From: Gammaproteobacteria bacterium
GTDB lineage: Bacteria; Pseudomonadota; Gammaproteobacteria; Ga0077536
NCBI GenBank assembly: GCA_963662545.2
Contig: CAXXLL010000003.1
Span: 1,728,001-1,792,000, forward strand
Direction: 5' to 3'
DNA: 64,000 bases
Positions within the stretch are counted from its first letter, which is position 1; each line of letters opens with the position of its first letter. The notes under the pieces were generated by a model. The model was not told the DNA's origin. It did not search any database and saw only the letters and a program-made list of their open reading frames with translations. Position numbers and translations under genes: made by a program. Positions 1-10,023 of this stretch are shown here, in pieces.

Positions 1-1403
1 ATCACCGCCCCGGTAAGCTCGAGTCGCTCGTCCGCTGCCTTGATTCCGGCGATGCGGGCGCTGTAGACGCGGCTCATCTGGCCCGCGCCGATCCCTATCG
101 TGGCGCGAGCGTGAGCATAAACAATGGCGTTGGATTTCACACAGGCGACCACGCGCCAGGCGAAGATGAGGTCGCGTAATTCGTCCGCCGACGGTGCTCT
201 GCGCGTCACCGGCTTGAGCGAACCCGTGACCGTCGCCTGGGCGGCGACGTCCCGATCCTGGATCAGCAGGCCGCCCATGACCCGCTTGTATTCGAGTTGT
301 TGTAGAAGTTCGCGCGGCCATTCGCCGACCGCCAGCACCCGAACATTCTCCTTGGCGGCGAGTTTGGCCAGCGCCGTGTCTTCGATCGCCGGCGCTACGA
401 TCACCTCGACGAACTGCCGTTCGAGAATCGCTTGCGCAACGGTGGCATTCAGCGGGCGGTTGAACGCAATGATGCCACCGTAGGCGGACGTCGGATCCGT
501 TTTGTACGCCCGTTCGTAGGCGAGGGCGATGTTCTCTGCCTCGGCGACGCCACAGGGATTGGCGTGCTTGACGATGCAGCAGGCAGCATTGTGAAATGAT
601 CGAACGCAATCGAGCGCGGCGTCCGTATCGGCGATGTTGTTGTATGAGAGTTCTTTACCCTGAAGCTGCTCGGCCGTGGCTAGCGTTCCGGGCGGAGCGT
701 CTTTTTCAACGTAAAACGCCGCCTGCTGATGCGGGTTCTCACCGTATCGCAGCATCTGTTTTTTGGCGAAGCGCACGCTCAAGTGATCGGGAAACACGCC
801 TTTCGAGGGCGCGGTATGCGACGACAGGTAGTCATTGATCGCATGGTCGTAATCGGCGGTGTGTCGAAATGCCTTGGTCGCGAGCCGCTGGCGCGTTTCT
901 AGCGACACGGTACCGGCGGACGTAATCTCTCCCAAAACGGGCGCGTAGTCGCCCGGATCACACACGACCGTCACGAACCCATGATTTTTTGCCGCAGCAC
1001 GGATCAGGGTCGGGCCTCCGATATCGATGTTTTCGACCGCATCCTCGTGGGTAAATTTCGGCGTCATCACCGTCTTTTCGAAGGGATAAAGATTAACGAC
1101 GACGAGGTCTATCAATTCGATACCGTGCGCGTCCAGTACCCCGTCGTCGACATCCCGTCGCGCGAGAATTCCGCCGTGTATTTTGGGATGAAGCGTCTTG
1201 ACGCGGCCGTTCATGATCTCGGGGAAGCCCGTGTGCTCGGACACTTCCGTCACTTCGACGCCTGCTTTTCGAAGCACTTTCGCGGACCCTCCCGTCGACA
1301 GGATGTGGATACCGAGCCGGCTCAAACCGCGTCCCAGTTCTTCGAGACCCGTCTTGTCGGATACGCTGATGAGCGCGCGCGTGACCTTAGCCGAATTTGG
1401 CAT
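1..1403 (-). CDS. purH: Bifunctional AICAR transformylase/IMP cyclohydrolase (3' end outside window)
   Basis: Minus-strand translation from ATG 1403: [19 protein letters not shown]...GRVKTLHP...ENIDIGGP...LRYGENPHQ; missing from the ORF track because it runs off the window. Confidence 0.95.
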   Translation of the reverse strand, partial: MPNSAKVTRALISVSDKTGLEELGRGLSRLGIHILSTGGSAKVLRKAGVEVTEVSEHTGFPEIMNGRVKTLHPKIHGGILARRDVDDGVLDAHGIELIDLVVVNLYPFEKTVMTPKFTHEDAVENIDIGGPTLIRAAAKNHGFVTVVCDPGDYAPVLGEITSAGTVSLETRQRLATKAFRHTADYDHAINDYLSSHTAPSKGVFPDHLSVRFAKKQMLRYGENPHQQAAFYVEKDAPPGTLATAEQLQGKELSYNNIADTDAALDCVRSFHNAACCIVKHANPCGVAEAENIALAYERAYKTDPTSAYGGIIAFNRPLNATVAQAILERQFVEVIVAPAIEDTALAKLAAKENVRVLAVGEWPRELLQQLEYKRVMGGLLIQDRDVAAQATVTGSLKPVTRRAPSADELRDLIFAWRVVACVKSNAIVYAHARATIGIGAGQMSRVYSARIAGIKAADERLELTGAV

Positions 1404-1404
1404 G

Positions 1405-1570
1405 CCAGAACCTATTTCAAAATTTCCCGCGTGTGCGCCAGTGGTCAATTTTCCGCATTTCGGCGTTGCGCGTCGCTTGTTTGGCGTTACTAAACCACAC
1501 TCCTCGCGCTTTGATACGCTGTGAAAACCGCTGCCGGCGCACACGCATACGATTTTGAGGGGAGCTCTAT
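1405..1570. mobile_element. MITE family A, decayed copy
   Basis: Left end CCAGAACCTATTTCAAAAT and internal GCATTTCGGCGTTGC..GTCGC..TCGCGC.TTGATAC..CCGGCGCACACGC match the element at 21345-21606. Confidence 0.7.
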
Positions 1571-1579
1571 TTGTTATTT

Positions 1580-2964
1580 GGGTCTACGCGGATTCATGTG
1601 GGTAAATTCTGAATTAGACCAAGTGTAAACCATTGAAATCATGTAGACATTCAGAGATTTCGTATGGGGTGAAAGTGGTTTCATTTTGTGGGTAGGCTAA
1701 GGCCATGAAGAATCCCAAGTCGATCCGAGCGCTGTTTGCGTTCCCTGGTTTTACCGCCGCATCGAAATTGGTGGGCATGTTTGGTGATCGGTATGCCCGT
1801 GTGATCCAACTCAAGAGGCGAAAAAAACAGCGATCTGTTCTCACTGTGCTCACCGGTGCCGCGGGCGTTACGACAAGAAGGTGCTGCGAGTACGAGACCT
1901 GTCAGTTGCCGGATGGCGAATCTACCTGGAGTTCGAACGCTGGCGTGTCAGTTGCCGGAGGTGCGGCGGCGTGCAGGTAGAACATCTTGACTGGCTGGCA
2001 AAGAACCCTCGCTATACGCAGCGCTTTGCCATGCAGGTGGGCAAGCTGTGCCGGGACATGCCGAACCAGGCTGTCGCCGAGAGGGAACGCCTGCACCACA
2101 GCACGGTGAAAGACCTCGATAAGCTGTACATGCAAAAGCAGGTTGAGCTGGCGGGCATGCCAGCACCCCGGGCCATCGGTATTGATGAGATCTCCATCCG
2201 CAAAGGACATAACTACCGGGTCATCGTCAGTGACCTGGATCGGGGGCGTCCTATCTGGGTCGGTGGTGAAGGTCGCAAAGAGGCTGACATCGACCTGTTT
2301 TTCCAGGCATTGGGCGAGAACAAGAGCGCTCGCATCGAACTGGCGGCGATGGACATGTGGAAGCCGTTCCGTAACTCGGTCATGAACAACGCACCGCAGG
2401 CGCGGATCATCTATGACAAGTTCCATATCATGCGCCACCTCTCAAAGGCTCTCGATGAAGTCCGGCGCCGTGAATACAAACGTCTCCGCGGCAAGGACAG
2501 GAGTTACATCAAAGGCCAGCGATATACCTTGCTCTCGCGACGCGAGAACCTGAATCTGGATGGCAGACGAGCCCTGAAAAAACTGCTCCAGGCCAACCGG
2601 CGTCTGAACACCGCCTACGTCCTCAAGGAAACCTTCGGCCAACTCTGGGACTACCGTACCGAGCGCGGCGCGCGTGCCTTTTTCGAGCGCTGGAAGGACA
2701 GTCTGAAATGGCAGCGATTGGCGCCGTATCGCAAGTTTGCTGAGCTGATTGAATCCCATTGGGATGGCATTGCTTCCTATTGTGATGCTAAGAATAAAGT
2801 CAGTCTTGGATTGGTCGAAGGGGTCAACAACAAAATCCGGGTCCTGCAACGACGCGCCTATGGCTATCGTGATGAGGAATTCCTCAAACTGAAAATCATT
2901 GCGGCATTTCTTCCGCCACTACCCAGAAATGCCAATATCAACCCACACGTTTCCGCGTAGACCC
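1580..2964 (+). mobile_element. ISL3-family insertion sequence (1385 bp)
   Basis: 24-bp imperfect IRs (GGGTCTACGCGGATTCATGTGGGT / ACCCACACGTTTCCGCGTAGACCC); 8-bp target duplication TGTTATTT (1572-1579, 2965-2972). Confidence 0.95.
1705..2960 (+). CDS. ISL3 transposase, two frames joined by a -1 shift at A7 (1821-1827)
   Basis: IGIDEIS, AMDMW, DKFHI and EGVNNKIRVLQRRAYG motifs; the CxxC..CxxC zinc finger is complete only after a -1 shift. Confidence 0.88.
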
Positions 2965-3226
2965 TGTTATTTAAACCGTACTTGTGGAGCTTTTTGCGGA
3001 GCGTTGCGCGATTTATCCCGAGAACCTGTGCTGCTTTGGAAATATTTCCGCCGGTCTCGCGCATGACTATTTCGAGCAGTGGCTGCTCTACCTGTCGAAC
3101 GACAAGCTCATAGAGTTCCGCCGCCGGCTGGCCGTTCAGATCGTCGAAATACCGCTCGAGCGAATGCTTGACCAGCGTGGTGAGCGGCTGCTCGGCTTTT
3201 AGATTGCTTGCACGCGAGGTGCTCAT
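2864..3226 (-). CDS. fis: Fis DNA-binding protein, C-terminally extended by ISL3 sequence
   Basis: LYELVVRQVEQPLL...GNISKAAQVLGINRATLRKKL HTH; immediately downstream of dusB. Confidence 0.92.
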   Translation of the reverse strand: MSTSRASNLKAEQPLTTLVKHSLERYFDDLNGQPAAELYELVVRQVEQPLLEIVMRETGGNISKAAQVLGINRATLRKKLHKYGLNNRVYAETCGLILAFLGSGGRNAAMIFSLRNSSSR

Positions 3227-4200
3227 GCCGCACGGTCCAACACCGAGGTTTCCTGTAGTGATTCGACGTATTCGAGCTGCGCCAGCGGGTCGTCAATTCG
3301 ATTGAAAGCTCCTCTAAGAACACGCGCCGCCGGGAAGGCGTCCAAATACCAGCCCACGTGTTTCCGCGCGATCCGTACACCGGCAATGTCTCCGTAATGT
3401 CCATGCAGCGAACTTACATGCGCATGCATGAGATCGAGGCGTTCGCGTCTTGTCGGTGGTGACACGGACTTCCCCGCCAGCGCGGCTTTGATCCGTTGGA
3501 ACAGCCACGGATCGCCCTGCGCCGCTCTCCCCACCATAAGGCCGTCAGCACCGGTCAGTTTCATTACGGCCATCGCATCCCCAGGTGTTCGGATGTCGCC
3601 GTTGGCAATCACCGGAATTACGAGCTGCCCCTTGATCGTCGCGATAGTGTCGTACTCGGCCGCACCGCGGAAGGCGCACGCGCGCGTACGGCCATGCACG
3701 GTGATCGCGCTGACACCGCAGTCTTCGGCGATCTTAGCGATTGTCGGACCATTCCGGTGTTCGGTGTCCCAGCCCGTTCTCATCTTCAAGCTCACCGGAA
3801 TGCTGACCGCCCGGCACACGGCGGTGAGGATCTGCCTGACCAGCGCTTCGTCGCGCATCAAGGCCGAACCCGCTGCCTTGTTGCAGACCTTTTTCGCAGG
3901 ACAACCCATATTGACGTCGATTATATCGGCGCCGAGGGCTTCGCAATGTCTTGCCGCCGCCGCCATTACATCGGTTTCGGCGCCAGCGATCTGAATGACC
4001 GTGGGTCCGGTCTCACCGGCCAAATCGAGGCGCTTTCGCGTCTTGTTCGTGTTCCATAGATGGGGCTTGGTGCTGACCATTTCCGTTATCGCATAGTCGG
4101 CGCCGAAGCTGCGGCACAAGGATCTGAACGGCCGATCGCTGATACCGGCCATAGGCGCCAGGATGAGGGCGTGTTCAAATTCGTGCGGCCCAATTTTCAT
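3223..4200 (-). CDS. dusB: tRNA-dihydrouridine synthase B
   Basis: LAPMAG, NMGCPAKKV and HGRTR motifs; dusB-fis synteny. Confidence 0.95.
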   Translation of the reverse strand: MKIGPHEFEHALILAPMAGISDRPFRSLCRSFGADYAITEMVSTKPHLWNTNKTRKRLDLAGETGPTVIQIAGAETDVMAAAARHCEALGADIIDVNMGCPAKKVCNKAAGSALMRDEALVRQILTAVCRAVSIPVSLKMRTGWDTEHRNGPTIAKIAEDCGVSAITVHGRTRACAFRGAAEYDTIATIKGQLVIPVIANGDIRTPGDAMAVMKLTGADGLMVGRAAQGDPWLFQRIKAALAGKSVSPPTRRERLDLMHAHVSSLHGHYGDIAGVRIARKHVGWYLDAFPAARVLRGAFNRIDDPLAQLEYVESLQETSVLDRAA

Positions 4201-4423
4201 ATTTGTTTAAGCCGTATTCATCGCTGTCATTGATCGTATCGCGTGCTTACCACGCCGTAGTTCGAGCTACGGCGGACGGAATGCAGGCCGCCGGCCGGCC
4301 GGTAGATCAGCAAATTCTCGAAATAGTTCCCGCGGGCGCGCTCGCCTGGGGTCCTCCGTCGCGAGGGAATGATGATAGCCAGAATGAGCGTGTCGAGAAA
4401 GGCCTCCTAGGAGCCGCTCACAA

Positions 4424-5626
4424 TCACAGGAACCTGAACTCGAAACTGACGGCGGCGTGCGCATCACCACCGAGTTCCATCACGATAGTGACCGGCCTGT
4501 CCGGAGGCATGCCCTCCTCGATCGCAATGCTCCCGTCCAGGTACTCACTCGGCTGGAAGAGCCGAGCACCGAGGATCTTGCCGGTGGCGTCGTGCAAGCT
4601 GAGTTCTATAACGGGAAACGGTGCTGCATCGGGTGCTGCATTGACTATGGTTGCGTTGACGAGTAACGCATCTCGGTATTGGGGGTGTTCACGCACGTCG
4701 CGAGCAAGCAAGCGCAAGGACTCCGCATCACGCCTTTTCCCGTCGCTGCAGCCAATGGCATGACAAATGTTGTCGATGACCGGTGCGGCGGCTGGGAGGG
4801 TCGCCATGACCCAGTCGCGATAGATCCAAGCTATTTGACTCGCAGCGGCCGTAAACATTATGACGGCGAGAGCACCCCATAAAAATCGGGTCAATTCAGG
4901 GCGTGCCCGGCGACCCGCAAGTGCATCGAGATCGGATTGCAAAACGGCAGGAGGGGCGGTGTTATCGCTAAGGTAATCGGGCACTGTATCGTGGCCCTCG
5001 TCGCCCTCCTCGCCCTCGCCTGGCCTCGTAAAGAGAATGGCATGATCATCAGCGCTCATGGATGCTTCGGGCAGCGCGTCTGCGGCTTCATCGTCCACTG
5101 GCAATAAGCGCCCGCTACGTTCGTCCGCATCCGTCTCCAGCTCCACGCCTGGGGCGGCTTCGAGAGCTTCTGCGGATACGCGGGGCGAGTCGCCGGAACC
5201 AGGGGCGGGTTTTCCGATCACCTCCTCAAGCACCTCGCCATTCGCAGCGAGGAGTTCTTCGAACTCCGCTATATCCAACTCGGGATCCGGCGCATCGGCC
5301 GCAGCGACGGTGGACCCCTCCGCGGATGCGCCGTTCCAAGCCGCGTCCGATTTTTCTTTCAGTGGTGGTTTAGAGTCCGTCTTCGACGGGTCGGTAGGGG
5401 GGGGTGCGACGGTTTCGACCGCCGATGTTTGAGCGACGGCGGGTGCTGCGGTTTCCGTGAGCCACGCGTTTTGCAGCGCGTCCGGTGAACTCGCTTCTTC
5501 GATCAGCGTAGTCAGTGCATTGAAGACGGCATCACATTCTCCGCAGGTCACCAACCCGTTCGCCTCGCGTAGGTGTTCGGCGGTCACGCGAAACCAGGCA
5601 TGGCATTGCGGACATCGGGTAATCAC
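4424..5626 (-). CDS. Zinc-ribbon / DUF3426 membrane protein
   Basis: N-terminal CPQC..CGEC, acidic linker, one TM, C-terminal domain; usual prmA-dusB position. Confidence 0.85.
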   Translation of the reverse strand: MITRCPQCHAWFRVTAEHLREANGLVTCGECDAVFNALTTLIEEASSPDALQNAWLTETAAPAVAQTSAVETVAPPPTDPSKTDSKPPLKEKSDAAWNGASAEGSTVAAADAPDPELDIAEFEELLAANGEVLEEVIGKPAPGSGDSPRVSAEALEAAPGVELETDADERSGRLLPVDDEAADALPEASMSADDHAILFTRPGEGEEGDEGHDTVPDYLSDNTAPPAVLQSDLDALAGRRARPELTRFLWGALAVIMFTAAASQIAWIYRDWVMATLPAAAPVIDNICHAIGCSDGKRRDAESLRLLARDVREHPQYRDALLVNATIVNAAPDAAPFPVIELSLHDATGKILGARLFQPSEYLDGSIAIEEGMPPDRPVTIVMELGGDAHAAVSFEFRFL

Positions 5627-5659
5627 GTGTCCATTTTCGCCCGTTTCAAAGTTTTGAGC

Positions 5660-6541
5660 TCAACACCGCCGCCCTGACAACAACACCCATTCTCCGCGCC
5701 GCACGGGCGTGCCCATGTTAAACCGCCGTGAATATACCTCCAACACGGGCTCGATCTGGGTCACCAGCAGTCCGGACAGGACCAGCCAACCACCGGGTGT
5801 GAGCAATTCCTGAAATCGCGAAGCCAGGGTCAGCAACGGTTCGAGCAAGATGTTCGCGACGATGATGTCGGCGCTCGCAGCGTCGAGTAATTCCGGACGT
5901 CCGGTTCGAACGTGATCTCCCAAGCTGTTGACACGGGCGTTGTCACGCGTGACATCAAGAGCTTCGTCGTCAATATCGATGGCGAAGGTCGTCGCGGCGC
6001 CCAGGCGCGCCGCCGCCAGCGCGAGGATCCCCGATCCACACCCGTAATCGACCACAGCCTTGCCAGGGACCTCGCCGCTCGCTGCCAGCCAGTCAAGGCA
6101 CAAGGCCGTCGTTTCGTGCGTGCCGGTGCCAAAGGCACGGCCGGGATCAAGGAACACGACGTGGCTTGCTGAAGGAGGTGGAACACACCATGTTGGGCAA
6201 ACGCATAGGCCACCGGCGAATAGCTGCGGTTGCCAGTGTTCCTTCCAACTGTGCTCCCAGGCACGGTCTTCGAATTCGAACACCTCGACGGGGGTGCCAG
6301 GCGGAAGGCGCTCGCGCACAGATGCCACGACGGGATCGAGATCCTTTCCGGACTCAAACTGCGCGCGAATTTCGAGGTGTTCCCAGCGATCGGGGTCATG
6401 GGTTCCGGACTCTTCCAACAGAGAACTATCACCCTCCGTAAGAGTAATCGATGCGGCACCCGCAGCCTTCAGCACTGCCTCTAAATCTGCCCGGGCGCCG
6501 GCGTCGATACAGCAGCGCAATTCGATCCAGCTAGCCTGCAT
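5660..6541 (-). CDS. prmA: Ribosomal protein L11 methyltransferase
   Basis: LDPGRAFGTGTHETT, DYGCGSGIL; start taken at ATG 6541. Confidence 0.95.
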   Translation of the reverse strand: MQASWIELRCCIDAGARADLEAVLKAAGAASITLTEGDSSLLEESGTHDPDRWEHLEIRAQFESGKDLDPVVASVRERLPPGTPVEVFEFEDRAWEHSWKEHWQPQLFAGGLCVCPTWCVPPPSASHVVFLDPGRAFGTGTHETTALCLDWLAASGEVPGKAVVDYGCGSGILALAAARLGAATTFAIDIDDEALDVTRDNARVNSLGDHVRTGRPELLDAASADIIVANILLEPLLTLASRFQELLTPGGWLVLSGLLVTQIEPVLEVYSRRFNMGTPVRRGEWVLLSGRRC

Positions 6542-6551
6542 GCAAAGCAAC

Positions 6552-7895
6552 TCACGTAAGTCCGATTTTGCGCTCGAGGTAATGTATGTCCGTGCCCCCG
6601 GCGCCGAAGGCGGCATCGGTGATGAGGTCATGGTGCAGCGGTATATTGGTTTCGATGCCGTCGATGACCATTTCGGTCAAGGCGTTTTCCATCCGGGCCA
6701 ACGCCGCGACGCGCGTGTCTGCGTGACAGATCACTTTGCCGATCAGGGAGTCGTAAAAGGGCGGCACTTCGTATCCCGCGTAGATATGGGAGTCGACGCG
6801 CACGCCGGGTCCTCCCGGCGGATGATAGACCGAGATTTGGCCCGGCGATGGCCTGAAATTTTCGGGGTTTTCCGCGTTGATGCGGCACTCTACGGCGTGG
6901 CCCGAAAAGGTGATGTCTTCCTGGCTGAGCGACAGCGGTTCTCCCGCTGCGACCAGGAGTTGCTGCTTGACCAGATCGACCCCGGTGATCATTTCCGTGA
7001 CCGGATGTTCGACTTGAATCCGCGTATTCATTTCGATGAAATAGAACTCACCGTTTTCGTATAAAAATTCGAATGTCCCCGCGCCGCTGTAACCGATCTG
7101 CCGGGACGCTTCGGCGCAGCGTTCCCCCATCGCCTTTCGCAGGTCTTCGTCAATTCCCGGAGCGGGCGCTTCTTCGATGATTTTCTGGTAGCGGCGCTGC
7201 ATCGAACAGTCGCGATCGCCCAGGTGAATAGCGTTGCCGTGGCTGTCCGCGAGGATCTGGAACTCAACATGGCGCGGATGTTCGAGAAATTTTTCAAGAT
7301 ACACACTGTCATCACTAAAAGCGCTCGCAGCTTCGCGCCGGGCAAGGCCGATTGCGTTTCTCAGTGACGGCTCGCCGTGGACCACCCGCATACCTCGTCC
7401 ACCACCGCCGCCCGCGGCCTTGATGATGACCGGATACCCGGTCTCGCGCGCCAGCGCAGCGTTTTCCTTAGCATCATCGCCAAGCGGCTTGCCCGACCCC
7501 GGGACGCAGGGAATTCCCGCTTTTCGCATCGCTTGAATGGCCGACAGTTTGTTGCCCATCAGACGCATCGTGTCGGCGCGCGGTCCAATGAACACGAAAC
7601 CGCTCTTTTCGAGTCGCTCGGCAAAATCAGCGTTTTCCGAAAGAAAGCCGTAACCAGGGTGAATCGCGACGGCATCAACGAGTTCGGCAGCTGCAATGAC
7701 GGCCGGTATGTTCAGGTAACTTTCGCTCGGCGGCGGCGGACCGATGCAGACCGATTCGTCCGCGAGGCGCACGTGTTTGAGGTCGCGATCGGCGGAGGAG
7801 TGAACGGCCACCGTTCTGATACCAAGGTCGCGGCAGGCCCTCAAAACGCGCAGCGCGATTTCGCCGCGATTGGCAATGACAACTTTATCGAACAT
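6552..7895 (-). CDS. accC: Acetyl-CoA carboxylase biotin carboxylase
   Basis: [38 protein letters not shown]. Confidence 0.97.
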   Translation of the reverse strand: MFDKVVIANRGEIALRVLRACRDLGIRTVAVHSSADRDLKHVRLADESVCIGPPPPSESYLNIPAVIAAAELVDAVAIHPGYGFLSENADFAERLEKSGFVFIGPRADTMRLMGNKLSAIQAMRKAGIPCVPGSGKPLGDDAKENAALARETGYPVIIKAAGGGGGRGMRVVHGEPSLRNAIGLARREAASAFSDDSVYLEKFLEHPRHVEFQILADSHGNAIHLGDRDCSMQRRYQKIIEEAPAPGIDEDLRKAMGERCAEASRQIGYSGAGTFEFLYENGEFYFIEMNTRIQVEHPVTEMITGVDLVKQQLLVAAGEPLSLSQEDITFSGHAVECRINAENPENFRPSPGQISVYHPPGGPGVRVDSHIYAGYEVPPFYDSLIGKVICHADTRVAALARMENALTEMVIDGIETNIPLHHDLITDAAFGAGGTDIHYLERKIGLT

Positions 7896-8164
7896 GCCGC
7901 GTGTCTTCGTCTGAATAGTGTCCATCCAAAAACATCAATATTTTTCTCGCTAAAACGCAGAACCAACAGGACAGCATTTAAGTATGAATTTAATAACGAT
8001 CACTTCCCCCATTGCGATCTTTATGCCTTGGCGAAAGTTGCTTTTTATGGGCGGCCAATAATTAGCCGTTGCGAATTACTACACAGATTTCGAATCGCCC
8101 GCTTGCAGGCCCGAGATGCGTATCGGTACAGACAACAAAGCGTCGTGTTAATCCGAACACCTAT

Positions 8165-8326
8165 CTAGTGTGCTGTCCCGTGAGAAACTTTCATAATTCG
8201 CTGGTCTTTTTTGCCCCCAGCCGCGCTCCTCCTTGTGTAGAGCCCACTACACGGCGTCATCGCGCCTTGCCAGCGACAAAAAATCCGGCGCGACTTACGC
8301 AACTTTTTCACGGGACAGCACACTAG
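8165..8326. mobile_element. MITE family B between accB and accC
   Basis: Perfect 19-bp IR CTAGTGTGCTGTCCCGTGA / TCACGGGACAGCACACTAG; internal GTGTAG-N6-CTACAC hairpin. Confidence 0.8.
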
Positions 8327-8378
8327 AACTTACCTATAAACTATTCACGTACGCGAAATAATTATTTATGGATTCTAG

Positions 8379-8825
8379 TCACTGGTTAATCATGAACAGA
8401 GATTGGTCATATTCGACCGGCTGTCCGTTTTCTGCGAGGATCGCCGCGATCGTTCCCGCGCTTTCGGCCTCGATGGGGTTCATGATCTTCATCGCCTCAA
8501 TGATGCAAAGTGTGTCTCCGACCTTCACAGATTGTCCGATTTTAACGAAGGGTTGCATGTCCGGCGAAGCCGCTGTGTAGAAAGTCCCGACCATTGGAGA
8601 CTTGATGACATGCCCTGGGTCTACCGGGGCGGATAGGTCGGATGGAGCGCTAGCGGGAGCCGGTACGGTCTCCACCGTCTGCTGCACGGGTGGCGCGGCA
8701 CCGGGCACTGTGAGCGGGTAGCCCCGGCTGATACGTACTGATTCCTCACCCTCGCTGATTTCGATTTCCGCGATCCCTGATTCATTGAGAAGTTCGATCA
8801 GCTTTTTGATTTTTCTAATGTCCAC
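8379..8825 (-). CDS. accB: Biotin carboxyl carrier protein
   Basis: GTG start, [12 protein letters not shown]; [12 protein letters not shown] biotinylation motif. Confidence 0.96.
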   Translation of the reverse strand: MDIRKIKKLIELLNESGIAEIEISEGEESVRISRGYPLTVPGAAPPVQQTVETVPAPASAPSDLSAPVDPGHVIKSPMVGTFYTAASPDMQPFVKIGQSVKVGDTLCIIEAMKIMNPIEAESAGTIAAILAENGQPVEYDQSLFMINQ

Positions 8826-8900
8826 CTGTCCCCCCGGCGAGCCTATCAGGCCGTCTCTTAATAGGTGATAGCGATTCAAACAACGATAGGAAATCGTTCT

Positions 8901-9350
8901 TCATCTTCTTGATAGACATTCAACCGCCGCCTCGATCGCGAGCTCGTAACCGATGGGACCTAACCCGGTGATGACGCCAAGGGCGATATCCGATAGATAC
9001 GATTCCTTACGGAATGTCTCGCGCGCATGAATATTGGAGATGTGGACCTCGACGAACGGAATTGAGACGCCGAGAAACGCGTCGCGCAACGCCACGCTCG
9101 TGTGGGTATAGGCGCCGGGATTGATGATGACGAGATCCGTTTCATCGGTACCCGCCCGATGGATGCGTTCGATGAGGTCGGCCTCGGCGTTACTCTGGAA
9201 ACAGGCCAGTTCATGGCCTTCTCCCGCGGCTTTATCGACGAGACGCCGCTCGAGATCGCTGAGGCTTAGTGCGCCATACAGATCGGTTTCCCGCTGCCCT
9301 AGAAGATTGAGGTTTGGCCCATTGATCACGAGCAGTTTTGCCAATCCCAA
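8901..9350 (-). CDS. aroQ: Type II 3-dehydroquinate dehydratase
   Basis: NGPNLNLLG, NPGAYTHTS, EVHISNIHARE. Confidence 0.96.
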   Translation of the reverse strand: MGLAKLLVINGPNLNLLGQRETDLYGALSLSDLERRLVDKAAGEGHELACFQSNAEADLIERIHRAGTDETDLVIINPGAYTHTSVALRDAFLGVSIPFVEVHISNIHARETFRKESYLSDIALGVITGLGPIGYELAIEAAVECLSRR

Positions 9351-9459
9351 GCTCCCTTGGACACGGGTTCGACGAAAGGCTGTAAATTAGCACGATTTAG
9401 CGGAAGTTACAAGCAGGATTGGCGATTTTCACGCCAGATCGATGCATAATATCGAAAAG

Positions 9460-10023
9460 TTAATCAGCGGAAAGAAACGCAATCAAGGCATTTTCGGCCG
9501 CTTCCGCCGGCCATTCTCCCTGATGCGTCAAAAGCACTGCCCCGTCCGCGCCGATGACTGCAGTGTAGGGCAGGCCCCCGATGCTGTTGCCGAGTGACTG
9601 CATGAAACGCACCACGTCATCTTCGCCGATCAACACCGGGTAGTTCATCGCCTGGTCGGTGACAAATGGCGCGACGGCCTCGCTCTGATCGAGCGCGATC
9701 CCGACGAACTGCAGACCGCGATCTCCATACCGCGTCTGTAGGTCGATGAACGTTGGGATCTCCCGCAGGCACGGCGAACACCAGGTCGCCCAGAAATTGA
9801 CCACCAGCAGGCGGCCGCGCCAGCGCTCGAGCGGGATCCGCTCGCCGTGCAGATCCGTAAACGACCAGTCGAACGGCATTGCCGCGGCGCCCGCGGCTAT
9901 CACTGTGGCCGTCGGCTCCGGTGTCGCCGAGGCCGTTCGGCTCAGGTATTGGTGCGTGACGTAACCGCTGCTTCCCGCGAGCAGCGCGAGCGCCACGAGC
10001 GCAATGTGAAACGGTCTGATCAC
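9460..10023 (-). CDS. TlpA-family thiol:disulfide reductase
   Basis: VNFWATWCSPC, N-terminal anchor. Confidence 0.9.
   Translation of the reverse strand: MIRPFHIALVALALLAGSSGYVTHQYLSRTASATPEPTATVIAAGAAAMPFDWSFTDLHGERIPLERWRGRLLVVNFWATWCSPCLREIPTFIDLQTRYGDRGLQFVGIALDQSEAVAPFVTDQAMNYPVLIGEDDVVRFMQSLGNSIGGLPYTAVIGADGAVLLTHQGEWPAEAAENALIAFLSAD

Noticed and set aside
124-1524. Plus-strand ORFs of 80-170 aa
   Set aside because: Antisense shadows of purH
8027-8042. TGGC..TTGC sigma-54-like motif in the accB-accC spacer
   Set aside because: GG-GC spacing is 8, not 10
6060-8168. Long plus-strand ORFs (334 and 263 aa)
   Set aside because: Antisense to prmA/accC; expected in high-GC DNA; no motifs
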